A stretch of 64,000 nucleotides of DNA, from assembly GCA_041737385.1 (NCBI GenBank), contig JBGSRU010000007.1, forward strand, positions 5,552 through 69,551. The letters are read 5' to 3'. A model generated the notes under the pieces. That model was given only the letters and a program-made list of their open reading frames with translations, made no database searches and was not told the origin of the DNA. A program made the translations under genes and the position numbers. Shown in pieces: positions 52,397-62,074 of this stretch (its first letter is position 1; each line of letters starts with the position of its first letter). Origin of the DNA: Candidatus Saccharimonadales bacterium. GTDB lineage: Bacteria; Patescibacteriota; Saccharimonadia; Saccharimonadales; SZUA-47.

Positions 52397-52645
52397 GTGG
52401 CTTTGCGCGCCACACCTCGCCTCACTTTTACCTACAGATGCAAAAGTAAGCAAAAGATCCGCGCCCGGCTGACAAGAACATGATTGAAGCAAGATACTAG
52501 GTACGGCTTGCGCAGTGAGGACGCAAGCGGTCCTCGGTTGTTTCCTTAGTTACTTACCTCGGACTAACTCACTGCTTTACTCAAGCCATACCTGATTTAC
52601 TTCATCAGTTTCGCAGAGGGTGGCCGAACACATAAGGGCCACCTG
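52397..52645 (+). ncRNA. Candidate structured RNA / repeat element, copy 2 (homolog of 20505-20765)
   Basis: GTGGC-TTTGCGC-GCCAC hairpin. A second hairpin has a CTACAGAT loop. Shared GGCTGACA...ACTTCATCAG, with about 125 nt inserted relative to copy 1. Terminal hairpin GGTGGCC/GGCCACC. No ORF. Confidence 0.45.
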
Positions 52646-52669
52646 TAAAGATTATTCCTAAAGATATTG

Positions 52670-52698
52670 TTGACAAAAAATACATTATATGCTAAGAT
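52670..52698 (+). promoter_or_regulatory. Sigma-70-type promoter for ORF 52772
   Basis: TTGACA-17 nt-TAAGAT. Confidence 0.55.
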
Positions 52699-52771
52699 TC
52701 ATACAAGTTATTAAAACAAAAAGATAACAAAAACATAAAATAAAAACAGTACGTAAGAAAAAGGAAATAAT

Positions 52772-53674
52772 ATGTCAGCAACAGGCGAAGCACCAGCACC
52801 ACAGCCATTACCAACAGAAGGAACAGTCTCAAATATTCCAGGAGAAGCATTAGCAAATTTTGATGAAAATCCTGTTGATCCGAATACAGTTAAGAATACA
52901 GGCTCGTTTATGCTTGATGCTTCAAAACTGAAATCATTTACTAGTGAGACTGAAGCAACTAATTTTGACGCTAAAATTGATGCTGATGACAGAGAAGCTA
53001 ATGCTAGATTAATAGAAGAGATTGAAACAACGACCGGTTCTGGCCCAGACGATATATTGAGACTATTAACAAAATATAGCCATAATCAGGCAGGTGCTTT
53101 AGTGGATGCTGACGGAAATACTGCTTCAGATAGGATGGCAGCAACAAGAGCAAGTGCGATAAAGACTCTCAAGCTTGATCCAATGAAGTTTGAGGCGCTT
53201 GAGAGATATGGCATTACAAAAGTGCGAGAGGAAGATGGTGCTGATTTTGTAGAAAATGCACGTATAAATCTGGCTGAATTAGATCTTGATCCTGCAACCG
53301 TGGACAAGATGACTAAAACCATAGTAGAGCTCGGAGATAAATTAGATAAAATTTACACTACACCAAAACCTACGGGTATTAAAGATACTGAAATGTATCC
53401 ACCAAAAATGTATAGTGCAGGTGGAATAGAAAACGCCGTTAAAGATAGACTTCCACAAGGTAATGCTGATGAGCTACGCTCAATGGAAGAGATTACCGGA
53501 ACTGGTCCAGATACGATGATTAGAGTCTTGAACGACCAAGAAGTAGAAGGAGTCTCAGACGAACAAAAAGCTCTAATTAAAGAGGCTTTAAGAAATCCTA
53601 ACGTGATAGCAGCTCTAAGAGCTTACGACCGCATAAAAACAAAACCTGAGGCTAGCTCAGAAGAAAGCAACTAA
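52772..53674 (+). CDS. Orphan protein with an internal duplicated motif
   Basis: EEIETTTGSGPDDILRLL and MEEITGTGPDTMIRVL repeat. Disordered P/E/T N-terminus. Confidence 0.5.
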   Translation: MSATGEAPAPQPLPTEGTVSNIPGEALANFDENPVDPNTVKNTGSFMLDASKLKSFTSETEATNFDAKIDADDREANARLIEEIETTTGSGPDDILRLLTKYSHNQAGALVDADGNTASDRMAATRASAIKTLKLDPMKFEALERYGITKVREEDGADFVENARINLAELDLDPATVDKMTKTIVELGDKLDKIYTTPKPTGIKDTEMYPPKMYSAGGIENAVKDRLPQGNADELRSMEEITGTGPDTMIRVLNDQEVEGVSDEQKALIKEALRNPNVIAALRAYDRIKTKPEASSEESN

Positions 53675-53702
53675 CGAGAAGTTGTAAAATACTTCAAAAA
53701 CA

Positions 53703-54599
53703 ATGTCAGATACGTTGCCACCACCACATCTACCAGATCCAAACACACCTCGACCGGATGTTAAGGCAATTGGTTCGCCTCACGCAACAATAAGAGATGA
53801 GTTTATGGATGGTTTGAGACTCCTCACAGATGCTGCTGAATATACTGATACGGTATTTGCCAGTTCTTCAGACCTGAAGCGACTCGGTGAGCTAGGCGTA
53901 ATGCTAGCTCATGATCATGAGCGCCTCGAGTCAACGACAAAGATTGACCATAAGACAGGCCTCATTAACTTTGGAACCGCTCAGCTTGAAGTTGAACGAG
54001 CGACAAATGATAGGCAGCGTCAAGTAGAGAAAAATCCAGAACTTGCTGATATACCTTTCGGATTCTATGCATTTTTAGACATTGACAATTTCAAGCAAGT
54101 TAATAAAGTTCTAACTAATCCGGTTGTGGATTCCATAATCCTTAAACAAGTTGGTGCTAGCTTAAACCGGAGTATGGAAAATTCTCGAATGGGTGACATG
54201 GCTATGAGACACGGAGGAGATGAATTCGGTCTGTGGTTCAATAACGTGCTTGGTTCAGCTGAAGATGCTAGGCCAACAACACAAACACAGTTTGAAAAAG
54301 TCGTCGAAATAGCAAGGAAACTACAAGCAGATGTTAACGCAGGGTTGCGAGAGCCTATGCGAGGGTTATCGATGGCTCAGCTTGAAGAACTTGGAGAAGT
54401 AACTTTCTCGTTTGGTTTTGTTTTTCCGACAATAAGACAAGTTAGACAAGTGCAAGCAGAGAGTGGACTATCCGCTTCAGACGCTATATTTACATTAGCA
54501 ACTCGCCAAGAACAAATAGCTAAAGTTGATAAAACTACGACCACAATCGCAGTTAATGGTGCTGTTTATGATGTTATGACAAACCAAAAGGTGGCTTAA
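53703..54599 (+). CDS. GGDEF-domain protein (putative diguanylate cyclase) with an intact I-site
   Basis: FLDIDNFKQVN, and RMGD-x5-GGDEF (RxxD I-site spaced as in PleD-type cyclases). The N-terminal ~110 aa are unassigned. Confidence 0.75.
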   Translation: MSDTLPPPHLPDPNTPRPDVKAIGSPHATIRDEFMDGLRLLTDAAEYTDTVFASSSDLKRLGELGVMLAHDHERLESTTKIDHKTGLINFGTAQLEVERATNDRQRQVEKNPELADIPFGFYAFLDIDNFKQVNKVLTNPVVDSIILKQVGASLNRSMENSRMGDMAMRHGGDEFGLWFNNVLGSAEDARPTTQTQFEKVVEIARKLQADVNAGLREPMRGLSMAQLEELGEVTFSFGFVFPTIRQVRQVQAESGLSASDAIFTLATRQEQIAKVDKTTTTIAVNGAVYDVMTNQKVA

Positions 54600-55186
54600 T
54601 CAAAATCAGTGAAGCCTAGTACTTTCTGCCAGGAGTCATAGTAGGGTTTTAGTTCTTTGCGGATGTCGTCGTGAAAGATTTTTTGCGCGTAGTCGCGCTC
54701 AATCTTTTTACGCGCCCATTCTAGCATCCATTCGTAATCACCAAACCCTGAACCATTTCTGAATGCGTGAAAGTAGAAGTCAGTCATGTAATGCGACGCT
54801 GCATCAGCCGCAACCATCAGTTTACCTTCTTCGGATTCTGGCACTACTCCGTCATGGCAACTGTGTTTTAGAGCAATATCATCAATTATCGCAGTTATAT
54901 CCTCAGTAGAATAGCCTGCTTGGCTGCACAGGTCTCTACCTATTTCTAAGCTTTTTTGTTCGTGCCCTGCTTCTTCGCGTTGCATTATGCTATCGGCGAT
55001 ATCGTGAACTAGCGCAGCAGCAACTGCAATATTCTTGTATGTACCAAACCGGTCGCAGTATTCTTCGGTTTTGTTTGCTACCCACAGCACATGATTTTCA
55101 TAGAGCCAATCTGCCCAGTCATCACGCTTTGGATGCTGCTGCTTATATTGCTGCTCAACTAGATTTCGTAGTTTTTCTAAGTTCAT
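54596..55186 (-). CDS. HD-domain metal-dependent phosphohydrolase
   Basis: AALVHDIAD HD signature. No GYP motif. Confidence 0.7.
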   Translation of the reverse strand: MNLEKLRNLVEQQYKQQHPKRDDWADWLYENHVLWVANKTEEYCDRFGTYKNIAVAAALVHDIADSIMQREEAGHEQKSLEIGRDLCSQAGYSTEDITAIIDDIALKHSCHDGVVPESEEGKLMVAADAASHYMTDFYFHAFRNGSGFGDYEWMLEWARKKIERDYAQKIFHDDIRKELKPYYDSWQKVLGFTDFD

Positions 55187-55242
55187 AGATGTAGTATAGC
55201 GCAGGGATTGTATTGTTTCGGGGTAGATGACACTATTAATTT

Positions 55243-55764
55243 ATGGACAAAAAACTTATTCGCGAGAAAATGCTTGCAGTTCGAGCGAGTATGTCTGATC
55301 ATGATGTAAGGCGAGCAAGTGACGTTATCCAACAAAAAGTCATAGATTATTTAAAAAATCTTAAGGAGAGTCCTTTTACAGATAGGGCAAAGGTACACAT
55401 CTATACGCCGATAGCAAAAAACAAAGAAGTTTCTACAGATGAGATAATTAACTATCTGAAGATGGCTAGTTACGTTTCGGTGCTTCATACTTTTATACAA
55501 ATAAACGGCGCTTGGCAGAACACCTCACTAAAAAAACAGGACACCGTGATAGAAGAGTTTGTGAACTATGATCTGATTATTGTGCCAATGCTGGCGGGCG
55601 ACCAAGAACTAAACAGACTTGGCTACGGCAGCGGGTTCTATGATAAATTTCTGAGCAGTCAGCCTAAAGCAGTGAAACTTGGTCTTTGCTTCCAAGAAAA
55701 TATCGTAGATAAGCTTTTGATTGAACCTCACGACATGACTATGGACCTAATAGTTTCTGCATAA
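55243..55764 (+). CDS. 5-formyltetrahydrofolate cyclo-ligase
   Basis: KKLIREKMLAVR..., IVPMLAGDQELNRLGYGSGFYDKFL, HDMTMDLIVS. Confidence 0.8.
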   Translation: MDKKLIREKMLAVRASMSDHDVRRASDVIQQKVIDYLKNLKESPFTDRAKVHIYTPIAKNKEVSTDEIINYLKMASYVSVLHTFIQINGAWQNTSLKKQDTVIEEFVNYDLIIVPMLAGDQELNRLGYGSGFYDKFLSSQPKAVKLGLCFQENIVDKLLIEPHDMTMDLIVSA

Positions 55765-55807
55765 GAAGATTTGACTTAATAGATATACTACATCATAATA
55801 TATTTAT

Positions 55808-56662
55808 ATGAGTTTAGATAGACTACGAGCAATACACGCAAATCCTTTGCAAGCAGAGCGAATAGCACAGCCTTTTACTTTTGAGACGGGGGTTGAGGCT
55901 TCTATGGCAAGGGATCCGAATGCATATATTGATCAAGTGAGAATGATCGATCCACGATATGCGAGTAGCACTGGCGAAAAAAGAAACATCTCAAGGCAGC
56001 AAGCGCAAACGGGCCACCTAGCAATGAGTGAGTTACTTATACCAGCATTAATGAATACTTGTGATGAGCTGGGCATTACGGAGCCAGAATATCCGTTTGA
56101 ACATAACGCTGAATTCGATATCGAACTGGATGCAATCTTGGTTACCGGAGGTGCATTGACAGCTTATGATGATAGAATCAGCTTCGCATATGAAGGACCC
56201 GAGGTCGATACCTTTATTGTTGGTGGAACTAGACCGTTAGAAGTGAGCGAAATTGAGGCACTAGTAGCAGAGGGTTTTAAAAGAGATGATTTTAAAACAG
56301 AAAGTGATATTGCAACTCTTAGAGCAGAGCAGCAGTGGGCATCGTCTTTAAGAGACATTTTGCCATTTATCCCTAGAACATTTAATCCAGATAACAGAGA
56401 TGTAATCCGAGAATTTATACTACGATTGCCTGCCATCAAGCGCATTGGTGTTGTTACAACAGCCTTGTATGTACCCTTCACATCTTATGATGCGGGTGCA
56501 GTTTCTGCTGAATTTGATGGTGCAGTTGACCTAAGTGTGTATGCAGGCGCATCAGATCCGGCCAAGGTCGCAAAGAGAAATCAAAATACCTATCGCAGTG
56601 AGCTAGCTCGAACGCTGGTTGGCGCAGCTAGAATGTATCAAGAACAAGAACGCCGACGCTAA
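55808..56662 (+). CDS. Hypothetical protein (possible DUF218/YdcF-like Rossmann core)
   Basis: AILVTGGALTAYDDRI resembles the ILVLGG block of DUF218. Weak call. Confidence 0.35.
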   Translation: MSLDRLRAIHANPLQAERIAQPFTFETGVEASMARDPNAYIDQVRMIDPRYASSTGEKRNISRQQAQTGHLAMSELLIPALMNTCDELGITEPEYPFEHNAEFDIELDAILVTGGALTAYDDRISFAYEGPEVDTFIVGGTRPLEVSEIEALVAEGFKRDDFKTESDIATLRAEQQWASSLRDILPFIPRTFNPDNRDVIREFILRLPAIKRIGVVTTALYVPFTSYDAGAVSAEFDGAVDLSVYAGASDPAKVAKRNQNTYRSELARTLVGAARMYQEQERRR

Positions 56663-56755
56663 AAAAGTATTTATATTGTAAATTTTCTCTGTATGTATTT
56701 ATAAACATTAGCACTTTGTTTTTTATGTTCGTTACTAAAAGTAGGTACAACATTA

Positions 56756-56784
56756 TTGACAATTAAGCATAAGTGTGATAAAAT
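56756..56784 (+). promoter_or_regulatory. Sigma-70-type promoter for ORF 56833
   Basis: TTGACA-17 nt-TAAAAT. Confidence 0.55.
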
Positions 56785-56832
56785 TAAAGAGTAAATTTAA
56801 AATCAAAAAAGCTAAAAAAATAAAGAACAATA

Positions 56833-58611
56833 ATGCCTGCACCAGAGTCTTTACATGATACAATCCCGACTCAACAAGTAGTTAGTCACATAGAGGGTAA
56901 CGAGTTAGGAAGGTATTTGCCTCCTGATATAGTTGAATTTTCGCTTGATTCTCGAAATAAAAGACTGTCTAATGATATTGTTATTGACGCAGAGAGACCC
57001 TTACTGAAAGGAGTCGTACTCAATGAGGACGGGGTTCATAGTGAAGTAGATGTTCTGGCTAGAGTTAGGTGTGGGGATAATGGCGAGACAAAAGATATTT
57101 TTATTCAACGTCAAAAGGGTAAGGTAAGCTTAGGAATCGGCCATCTGTCATTATCAGAGCAAGGCGAATTGCAGGTCATTCGCTCTAACGATGAACCCAC
57201 TACCCGAAGAAGTAAAAGACGCGGTCTAAAGATAATTGATTTTGCGACAAAAGACTTTTCATTTAAGTTATATCGAGATAAAGACCGAAGCGTAAGTGCT
57301 ATCACAATGTATTCAGACGAGGACACTACGATAATGTACTCGAAGCCGTCTGAAGGCTCTAAAGAGAAATTAGAAGAGTGCTTTAATAGAGAATATGTAC
57401 CTAAAAGTAGAGATTATTCAAAAATTAAAAAAGCATTGGCGAGAGTAGGACTTGCATCTTTAGCATTAACTGCAAATAACGGTCCTGTAAACGAAATATT
57501 TGATGTCTTTCACACTCCTGACAAAAAAGTCGAGCAAGTCATGGATGATATGTTGCGCTGGAATCCTGATCAATCTGTTGAAGAGCAAACTTCAGCATCT
57601 CCTGACTATCCACTAAGCTCTTACGAAAGAGATCAAAAATTTGTTGACGACATGAAAGAGCTGATGCAGACGAGGGACAATGGTGAAAATGAAATAATTC
57701 ATGAACAAGCCCAAGAGTACAGACAAGCAGTAGTAGATGCTGGAGGTTTTAATGAAACAGACATTAAGCAACTGCAAGAGGCAATTAATACGGCGACAAG
57801 TCAAAGTGAACTGATTACTGTTACTAAACGTTTTTTTGAAACATATGGAGTGGAATTGCAGTTCGATTTACGAGAAGGTGATGCTCCACCCAAAACTACA
57901 CCATTGGTTGGAGAGATTGGCAACTCCCGTGAAGTTGTTTCTGCATTTATAGATTTTGCTAGTATTTTTCCTCCCAATTTTTTTGATTCAGAATTTAAGA
58001 TTAATAGGCTGGTTCCTGTAAAAAGTCAATCCTACGGACTTGTTGGTGGAGTAGCAAATTTAAGTTCAAATACAATATTCATATCCACAGAAGGCTTATT
58101 CCCATTACTCAGTAATACAAAAGAAAGCGTTATTCATGAATCTCAGCACACAAGGCATGGACGCTATAGTCCTATAGAATCATCTAACAGCCTAGTCAAG
58201 ACAGCTCTATTAAGCCCGTCCAGTTGGGTAGGCCTCGATACGCAGACATCTTATTACGGTGCCATGGACGACAACGAACAGGCGCCCGAAATATTACGAA
58301 ATCTATTTAAGGAGGGTCCTCCAAATCCAGATTATGCATTTGGTTTTGAGCACTCTCCTCTCCAAAGAGATATGCTATCAATGATGTTTGGTATTGAGCA
58401 TGAAATGAGAACAAGTTCAGGGCCAGAAGGTTTCTCTGCCTTTATGGTTTCGCAGCAAATAGACAAAGGCTATGATATCATTCCTTTTCCTATCTCTTTT
58501 AGCGCATTAAACGACTCTGATTTCCAAAGACTATTGATTGCGGGTCTTTTATTCAAAAGAGCTTTTCCAGATGGAATCAAGGGTGACAAACGTAGAAAAT
58601 CAATTAAATAG
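56833..58611 (+). CDS. Orphan 592-aa protein with an HEXXH motif
   Basis: VIHESQHTRHG. No signal peptide. AT-rich leader. Confidence 0.5.
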   Translation: MPAPESLHDTIPTQQVVSHIEGNELGRYLPPDIVEFSLDSRNKRLSNDIVIDAERPLLKGVVLNEDGVHSEVDVLARVRCGDNGETKDIFIQRQKGKVSLGIGHLSLSEQGELQVIRSNDEPTTRRSKRRGLKIIDFATKDFSFKLYRDKDRSVSAITMYSDEDTTIMYSKPSEGSKEKLEECFNREYVPKSRDYSKIKKALARVGLASLALTANNGPVNEIFDVFHTPDKKVEQVMDDMLRWNPDQSVEEQTSASPDYPLSSYERDQKFVDDMKELMQTRDNGENEIIHEQAQEYRQAVVDAGGFNETDIKQLQEAINTATSQSELITVTKRFFETYGVELQFDLREGDAPPKTTPLVGEIGNSREVVSAFIDFASIFPPNFFDSEFKINRLVPVKSQSYGLVGGVANLSSNTIFISTEGLFPLLSNTKESVIHESQHTRHGRYSPIESSNSLVKTALLSPSSWVGLDTQTSYYGAMDDNEQAPEILRNLFKEGPPNPDYAFGFEHSPLQRDMLSMMFGIEHEMRTSSGPEGFSAFMVSQQIDKGYDIIPFPISFSALNDSDFQRLLIAGLLFKRAFPDGIKGDKRRKSIK

Positions 58612-58727
58612 CGTTTTCTCTGAATTTCTCCTGAGCTTGTAAACTATGCCTTCTTGGGCGTAAAGGGGAATCTTACCTCTATACTTAAGCAGTATTATCT
58701 TCAGTTATATAACGCTATACTGTCTGT

Positions 58728-61427
58728 ATGAGTGAGCGGAAAAAGTTGGCAATTATCGATGGGAAGAGCGTTTTCTATAGAGGCTATTATGCTATGCCGA
58801 ACCTCAGCACTAAAGACGGCACGCCGACTGGTGGGGTGTATGGATTTTGTGCGTTGTCGCTGGAACTGATTAAGAGATTGAAGCCCGACTATGTCTGTGT
58901 AGCGTGGGACAAACCAAAGACAAATATCCGTAAACGATTAGAAATATTCCCTGACTATAAAGCAGGGCGTAAACCGGCTCCACCTGATTTCTACGCGCAG
59001 ATTCCGATACTCCATGAGGTACTGCAAGCGTTTAACTGGCCGTTGTATGAGTTTGATGATTATGAAGCCGACGATATTATGTGCACATTAGCCAAAAAGG
59101 CGGCTAGTGAAGATATAGAAACGATGCTGATCAGCAGCGATCTCGATATGTTGCAGTGCGTTGGTCCGCTGACGCACATGTATGCGCTAAAAAAAGGCCT
59201 CACCAACATCGAGCGCTTTGATATCGAAGCCTTTGAGACGAAGTACGGTATACGGGTTGATCAATTTTTGGATTCAAAAGCGCTTAAAGGCGATAGTTCT
59301 GACAATATCCCGGGTGTTCCGGGCATTGGCGAGAAAGGTGCGTCACAGTTACTGCAAGAATACGAAACGCTTGATGGCATCTATGATAACCTAGCGCTTA
59401 TTAAACAAACGCTCGCAAAAAAGCTGGAAGCGGGCAAAGATTCTGCCTACATGAGTAAGGAAGTTGCACGGTTGTTCGACGATGCGCCGATGAGCCTCGA
59501 CCTTGAACAAATGGATGTGAATAAGCTTGATGTGAACGAGCTGGCTGCTATACTAAAACGACTAGAGTTCAAGAGTTTACTCAGAAATCTTCCTGAAGGA
59601 ATGCGCACCATTAACATCGATAATGTAGCACCAGCGAGTGCAACGCACGAACTACACGTACCGGATGTTGTTCACGTTTCAAATAACTCTGATCTCAAGA
59701 AAATACAGCTAGATGGCGACATTGTTATCCATGGCCGCAGCGCAGGAAAGCACGGCAAAGAGCCAACGACGCTACTGCTTAGCGACGCGCAGACCTGCTA
59801 CGTGATTGATCTGCATAAAATATCAAACCTCAAACCCCATCTATCAAATATCCAAGCAGTCATCGGTTATGATCTCAAAAACTCCCTTAAAATATTGTTA
59901 GAGCTTGGTGTTGAAGATTTACCTAGGGTTAGCCATGACTGCTTGATTGGCGCATTCATCGTTAATGCACTTAGGCGTGACCAGTCACTCAGTGAACAAG
60001 CGAGCAATGATCTCGGCTATGAAGTCGAGCTCGAAGACTTAGATAATGATGAATTTATACGAAAAGCTGGTGAGATTGTGGCCGTGATACGAGAACTTGC
60101 AAATTTGCAGGGTGAGCAAATGAGTGAAGTGACGAGCCTGATTAAAATGGCAGAGATAGTTGATTGGCCAGTCATACCGGTACTCGCTCGATTAGAGCGA
60201 ACAGGCATGAAACTAGATCCAGCATTCTTTGCAAAGTTATCTGAGCAACTAGGTGATCAAATAAGTGACGTTGAGCAAACGATTTACGGCTATGCTGACC
60301 AAGAATTCAACATTTCGAGTCCATCACAATTGAGCGAAATATTGTTTGTGCAACTTGAGCTTCCGACAAATGTCACGAAGAAAGGCAAGTCAGGCCACTA
60401 CAGCACAGCGAGTAACGTACTAGGCAAGCTCAAAGGCCTGCACCCAATCATTGAAGAGATTGAAAAGTACCGCGAATATACAAAGCTGAAGAGCACCTAT
60501 GTCGACCCGTTGCCAAAGATGGTTGATAGCAATGACCGCGTGCACAGCACGTTGAACCTAACGGTTGCTGCAACAGGTAGGTTGTCGAGCATTGATCCAA
60601 ACTTACAGAACATCCCAGTGCGAACTGAACTTGGTCGAGAGATACGCAAGGGCTTCATCGCAGAGAAGGGTAATGTCATAATTAGCGCGGATTATAGCCA
60701 GTTTGAGCTACGAATAGCTGCTGCGATGAGTAATGACGAACCGATGATAAAAGCATTCAACGAAAACCGCGACATCCACACCGAGACGGCAGCGTTAATT
60801 CAGGGAGTGCCGGCGGAAGAGGTCACAAAAGAAATGCGCTACGCGGCTAAGGCGGTGAACTTTGGCATACTCTACGGCCAAGGTGTGCATGGTCTAGCTG
60901 AAGGTTCAGGGATAAGCTATAAAGATGCAAAAGAGTTTATTGATAAGTATTTTGAAGTGCGCCCCAGTTTGAAAGCGATGATAGACCGGTTCCGTGATGA
61001 AGCCAAGAACAAAGGCTACGTCGAAACGGTCATGGGGCGCAGACGGCCAACGCCAGATGTGCAGTCGAGCAATTTTATTGTGCGCGAGGGCGCATACCGT
61101 GCTGCTATCAACATGCCGATTCAGGGCAGTGCTGCTGATCTTACTAAAATGGCAATGTCTAAATTGGATGAACAATTTAGGCAGAATTATGAATCTAGAA
61201 TTACGAATAATGAAAAGAAGCAAGATTCAAAAAACAAGATTCAAGATTCTTTTGACGTTCCTCGTCAAATCATGCAGATCCATGACTCCATTATGGTTGA
61301 GTGCAAGCAAGCAGATGCAGAAAAAGTAAGTAAAATGATGGTAGAAACAATGGAGTCAATCAAGCCAGACCTCGGCGTAAACCTAAAAGTGGATGTGAGC
61401 ATAGGAAAAAACTGGAGCGAGCTGTAA
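58728..61427 (+). CDS. polA: DNA polymerase I (5'-nuclease, 3'-5' exo-like and polymerase domains)
   Basis: 899 aa. N-terminal FEN-like DGKSVFYRGYYA, polymerase motifs DYSQFELRI, RYAAKAVNFGILYG, QIHDSIMVE. Confidence 0.95.
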   Translation: MSERKKLAIIDGKSVFYRGYYAMPNLSTKDGTPTGGVYGFCALSLELIKRLKPDYVCVAWDKPKTNIRKRLEIFPDYKAGRKPAPPDFYAQIPILHEVLQAFNWPLYEFDDYEADDIMCTLAKKAASEDIETMLISSDLDMLQCVGPLTHMYALKKGLTNIERFDIEAFETKYGIRVDQFLDSKALKGDSSDNIPGVPGIGEKGASQLLQEYETLDGIYDNLALIKQTLAKKLEAGKDSAYMSKEVARLFDDAPMSLDLEQMDVNKLDVNELAAILKRLEFKSLLRNLPEGMRTINIDNVAPASATHELHVPDVVHVSNNSDLKKIQLDGDIVIHGRSAGKHGKEPTTLLLSDAQTCYVIDLHKISNLKPHLSNIQAVIGYDLKNSLKILLELGVEDLPRVSHDCLIGAFIVNALRRDQSLSEQASNDLGYEVELEDLDNDEFIRKAGEIVAVIRELANLQGEQMSEVTSLIKMAEIVDWPVIPVLARLERTGMKLDPAFFAKLSEQLGDQISDVEQTIYGYADQEFNISSPSQLSEILFVQLELPTNVTKKGKSGHYSTASNVLGKLKGLHPIIEEIEKYREYTKLKSTYVDPLPKMVDSNDRVHSTLNLTVAATGRLSSIDPNLQNIPVRTELGREIRKGFIAEKGNVIISADYSQFELRIAAAMSNDEPMIKAFNENRDIHTETAALIQGVPAEEVTKEMRYAAKAVNFGILYGQGVHGLAEGSGISYKDAKEFIDKYFEVRPSLKAMIDRFRDEAKNKGYVETVMGRRRPTPDVQSSNFIVREGAYRAAINMPIQGSAADLTKMAMSKLDEQFRQNYESRITNNEKKQDSKNKIQDSFDVPRQIMQIHDSIMVECKQADAEKVSKMMVETMESIKPDLGVNLKVDVSIGKNWSEL

Positions 61428-61430
61428 AAA

Positions 61431-61964
61431 ATGCTCCTTCTGTTATTGGTTTCATTCTTAGGCACCAACGGGACAATGTACTATATTCTGTTTAGACATA
61501 GGTTTGACCGAAAATCATCTGTTAGTTTACACGCAGCAATTGACAACCATTCGCACGCTACATTTGCTATTGGCCACTTTATAGGAGGAATGTTATTTTT
61601 ATATATTGCCTACGAATATTTCTACGTAGATAATGAATCATTACTTTTATTGACATTAGCCTGTCTTGGCGTACTAGCTGAGCAGCTCCAAGCTTTCCTG
61701 CCGGATAGAAAAGATTTCAAGAAAATACATAAAGTTGCTGCGGCTTCTATGGCCGGGTTTATCTTGCTTATAGTACTTACCGCCCCGTTTATTATTAAGC
61801 TCGGTACCGCAGGGTTGATTGCCTATATAGGTTTAATAGCACTACTTTGTATATCAGGCGTGTATGCAGTTTTTAATAGGAAAAAATTTTATATAATACA
61901 AATGCTGTTTTTCACTTCTTTTTACCTTTTCTTACTAATACTGCTTTACGGTACGGTAGACTAA
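61431..61964 (+). CDS. Polytopic membrane protein (paralog of 62905-63444)
   Basis: Five or six hydrophobic helices. Shared block IHKVAAASMAGFILL versus IHRLAAFSMATLFL. Confidence 0.5.
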   Translation: MLLLLLVSFLGTNGTMYYILFRHRFDRKSSVSLHAAIDNHSHATFAIGHFIGGMLFLYIAYEYFYVDNESLLLLTLACLGVLAEQLQAFLPDRKDFKKIHKVAAASMAGFILLIVLTAPFIIKLGTAGLIAYIGLIALLCISGVYAVFNRKKFYIIQMLFFTSFYLFLLILLYGTVD

Positions 61965-61975
61965 GTGTTTATATG

Positions 61976-62000
61976 AAATGCACTTCAAGTGCATTTTTTG
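61976..62000 (+). terminator. Rho-independent terminator
   Basis: AAATGCACT-TCA-AGTGCATTTTTT. Confidence 0.75.
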
Positions 62001-62074
62001 TTAGTATTGATGAAGTTAAAGGAATAATATTGATTAAAAAGGAGCCGATGGCTGAATAAAAGAAATGAACGTTT

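Noticed and set aside
52388-52771. RNase P RNA, tmRNA, SRP RNA or 6S RNA in the 384-nt ORF-free gap
   Set aside because: None of the signatures was seen: the P4 GAGGAAAGTCC-type motif, tRNA-like GGGG...TCCACCA ends with a tag ORF, or the SRP GGAA/AGCA domain IV motif. The presence of a paralogous copy at 20505 also argues against a single-copy housekeeping RNA. This is by-eye inspection only.
54596-55186. HD-GYP c-di-GMP phosphodiesterase partner for the GGDEF protein
   Set aside because: The HD motif is present, but no GYP or HHExxDGxGYP signature was found, and the protein is short (196 aa). It is treated as a generic HD hydrolase.
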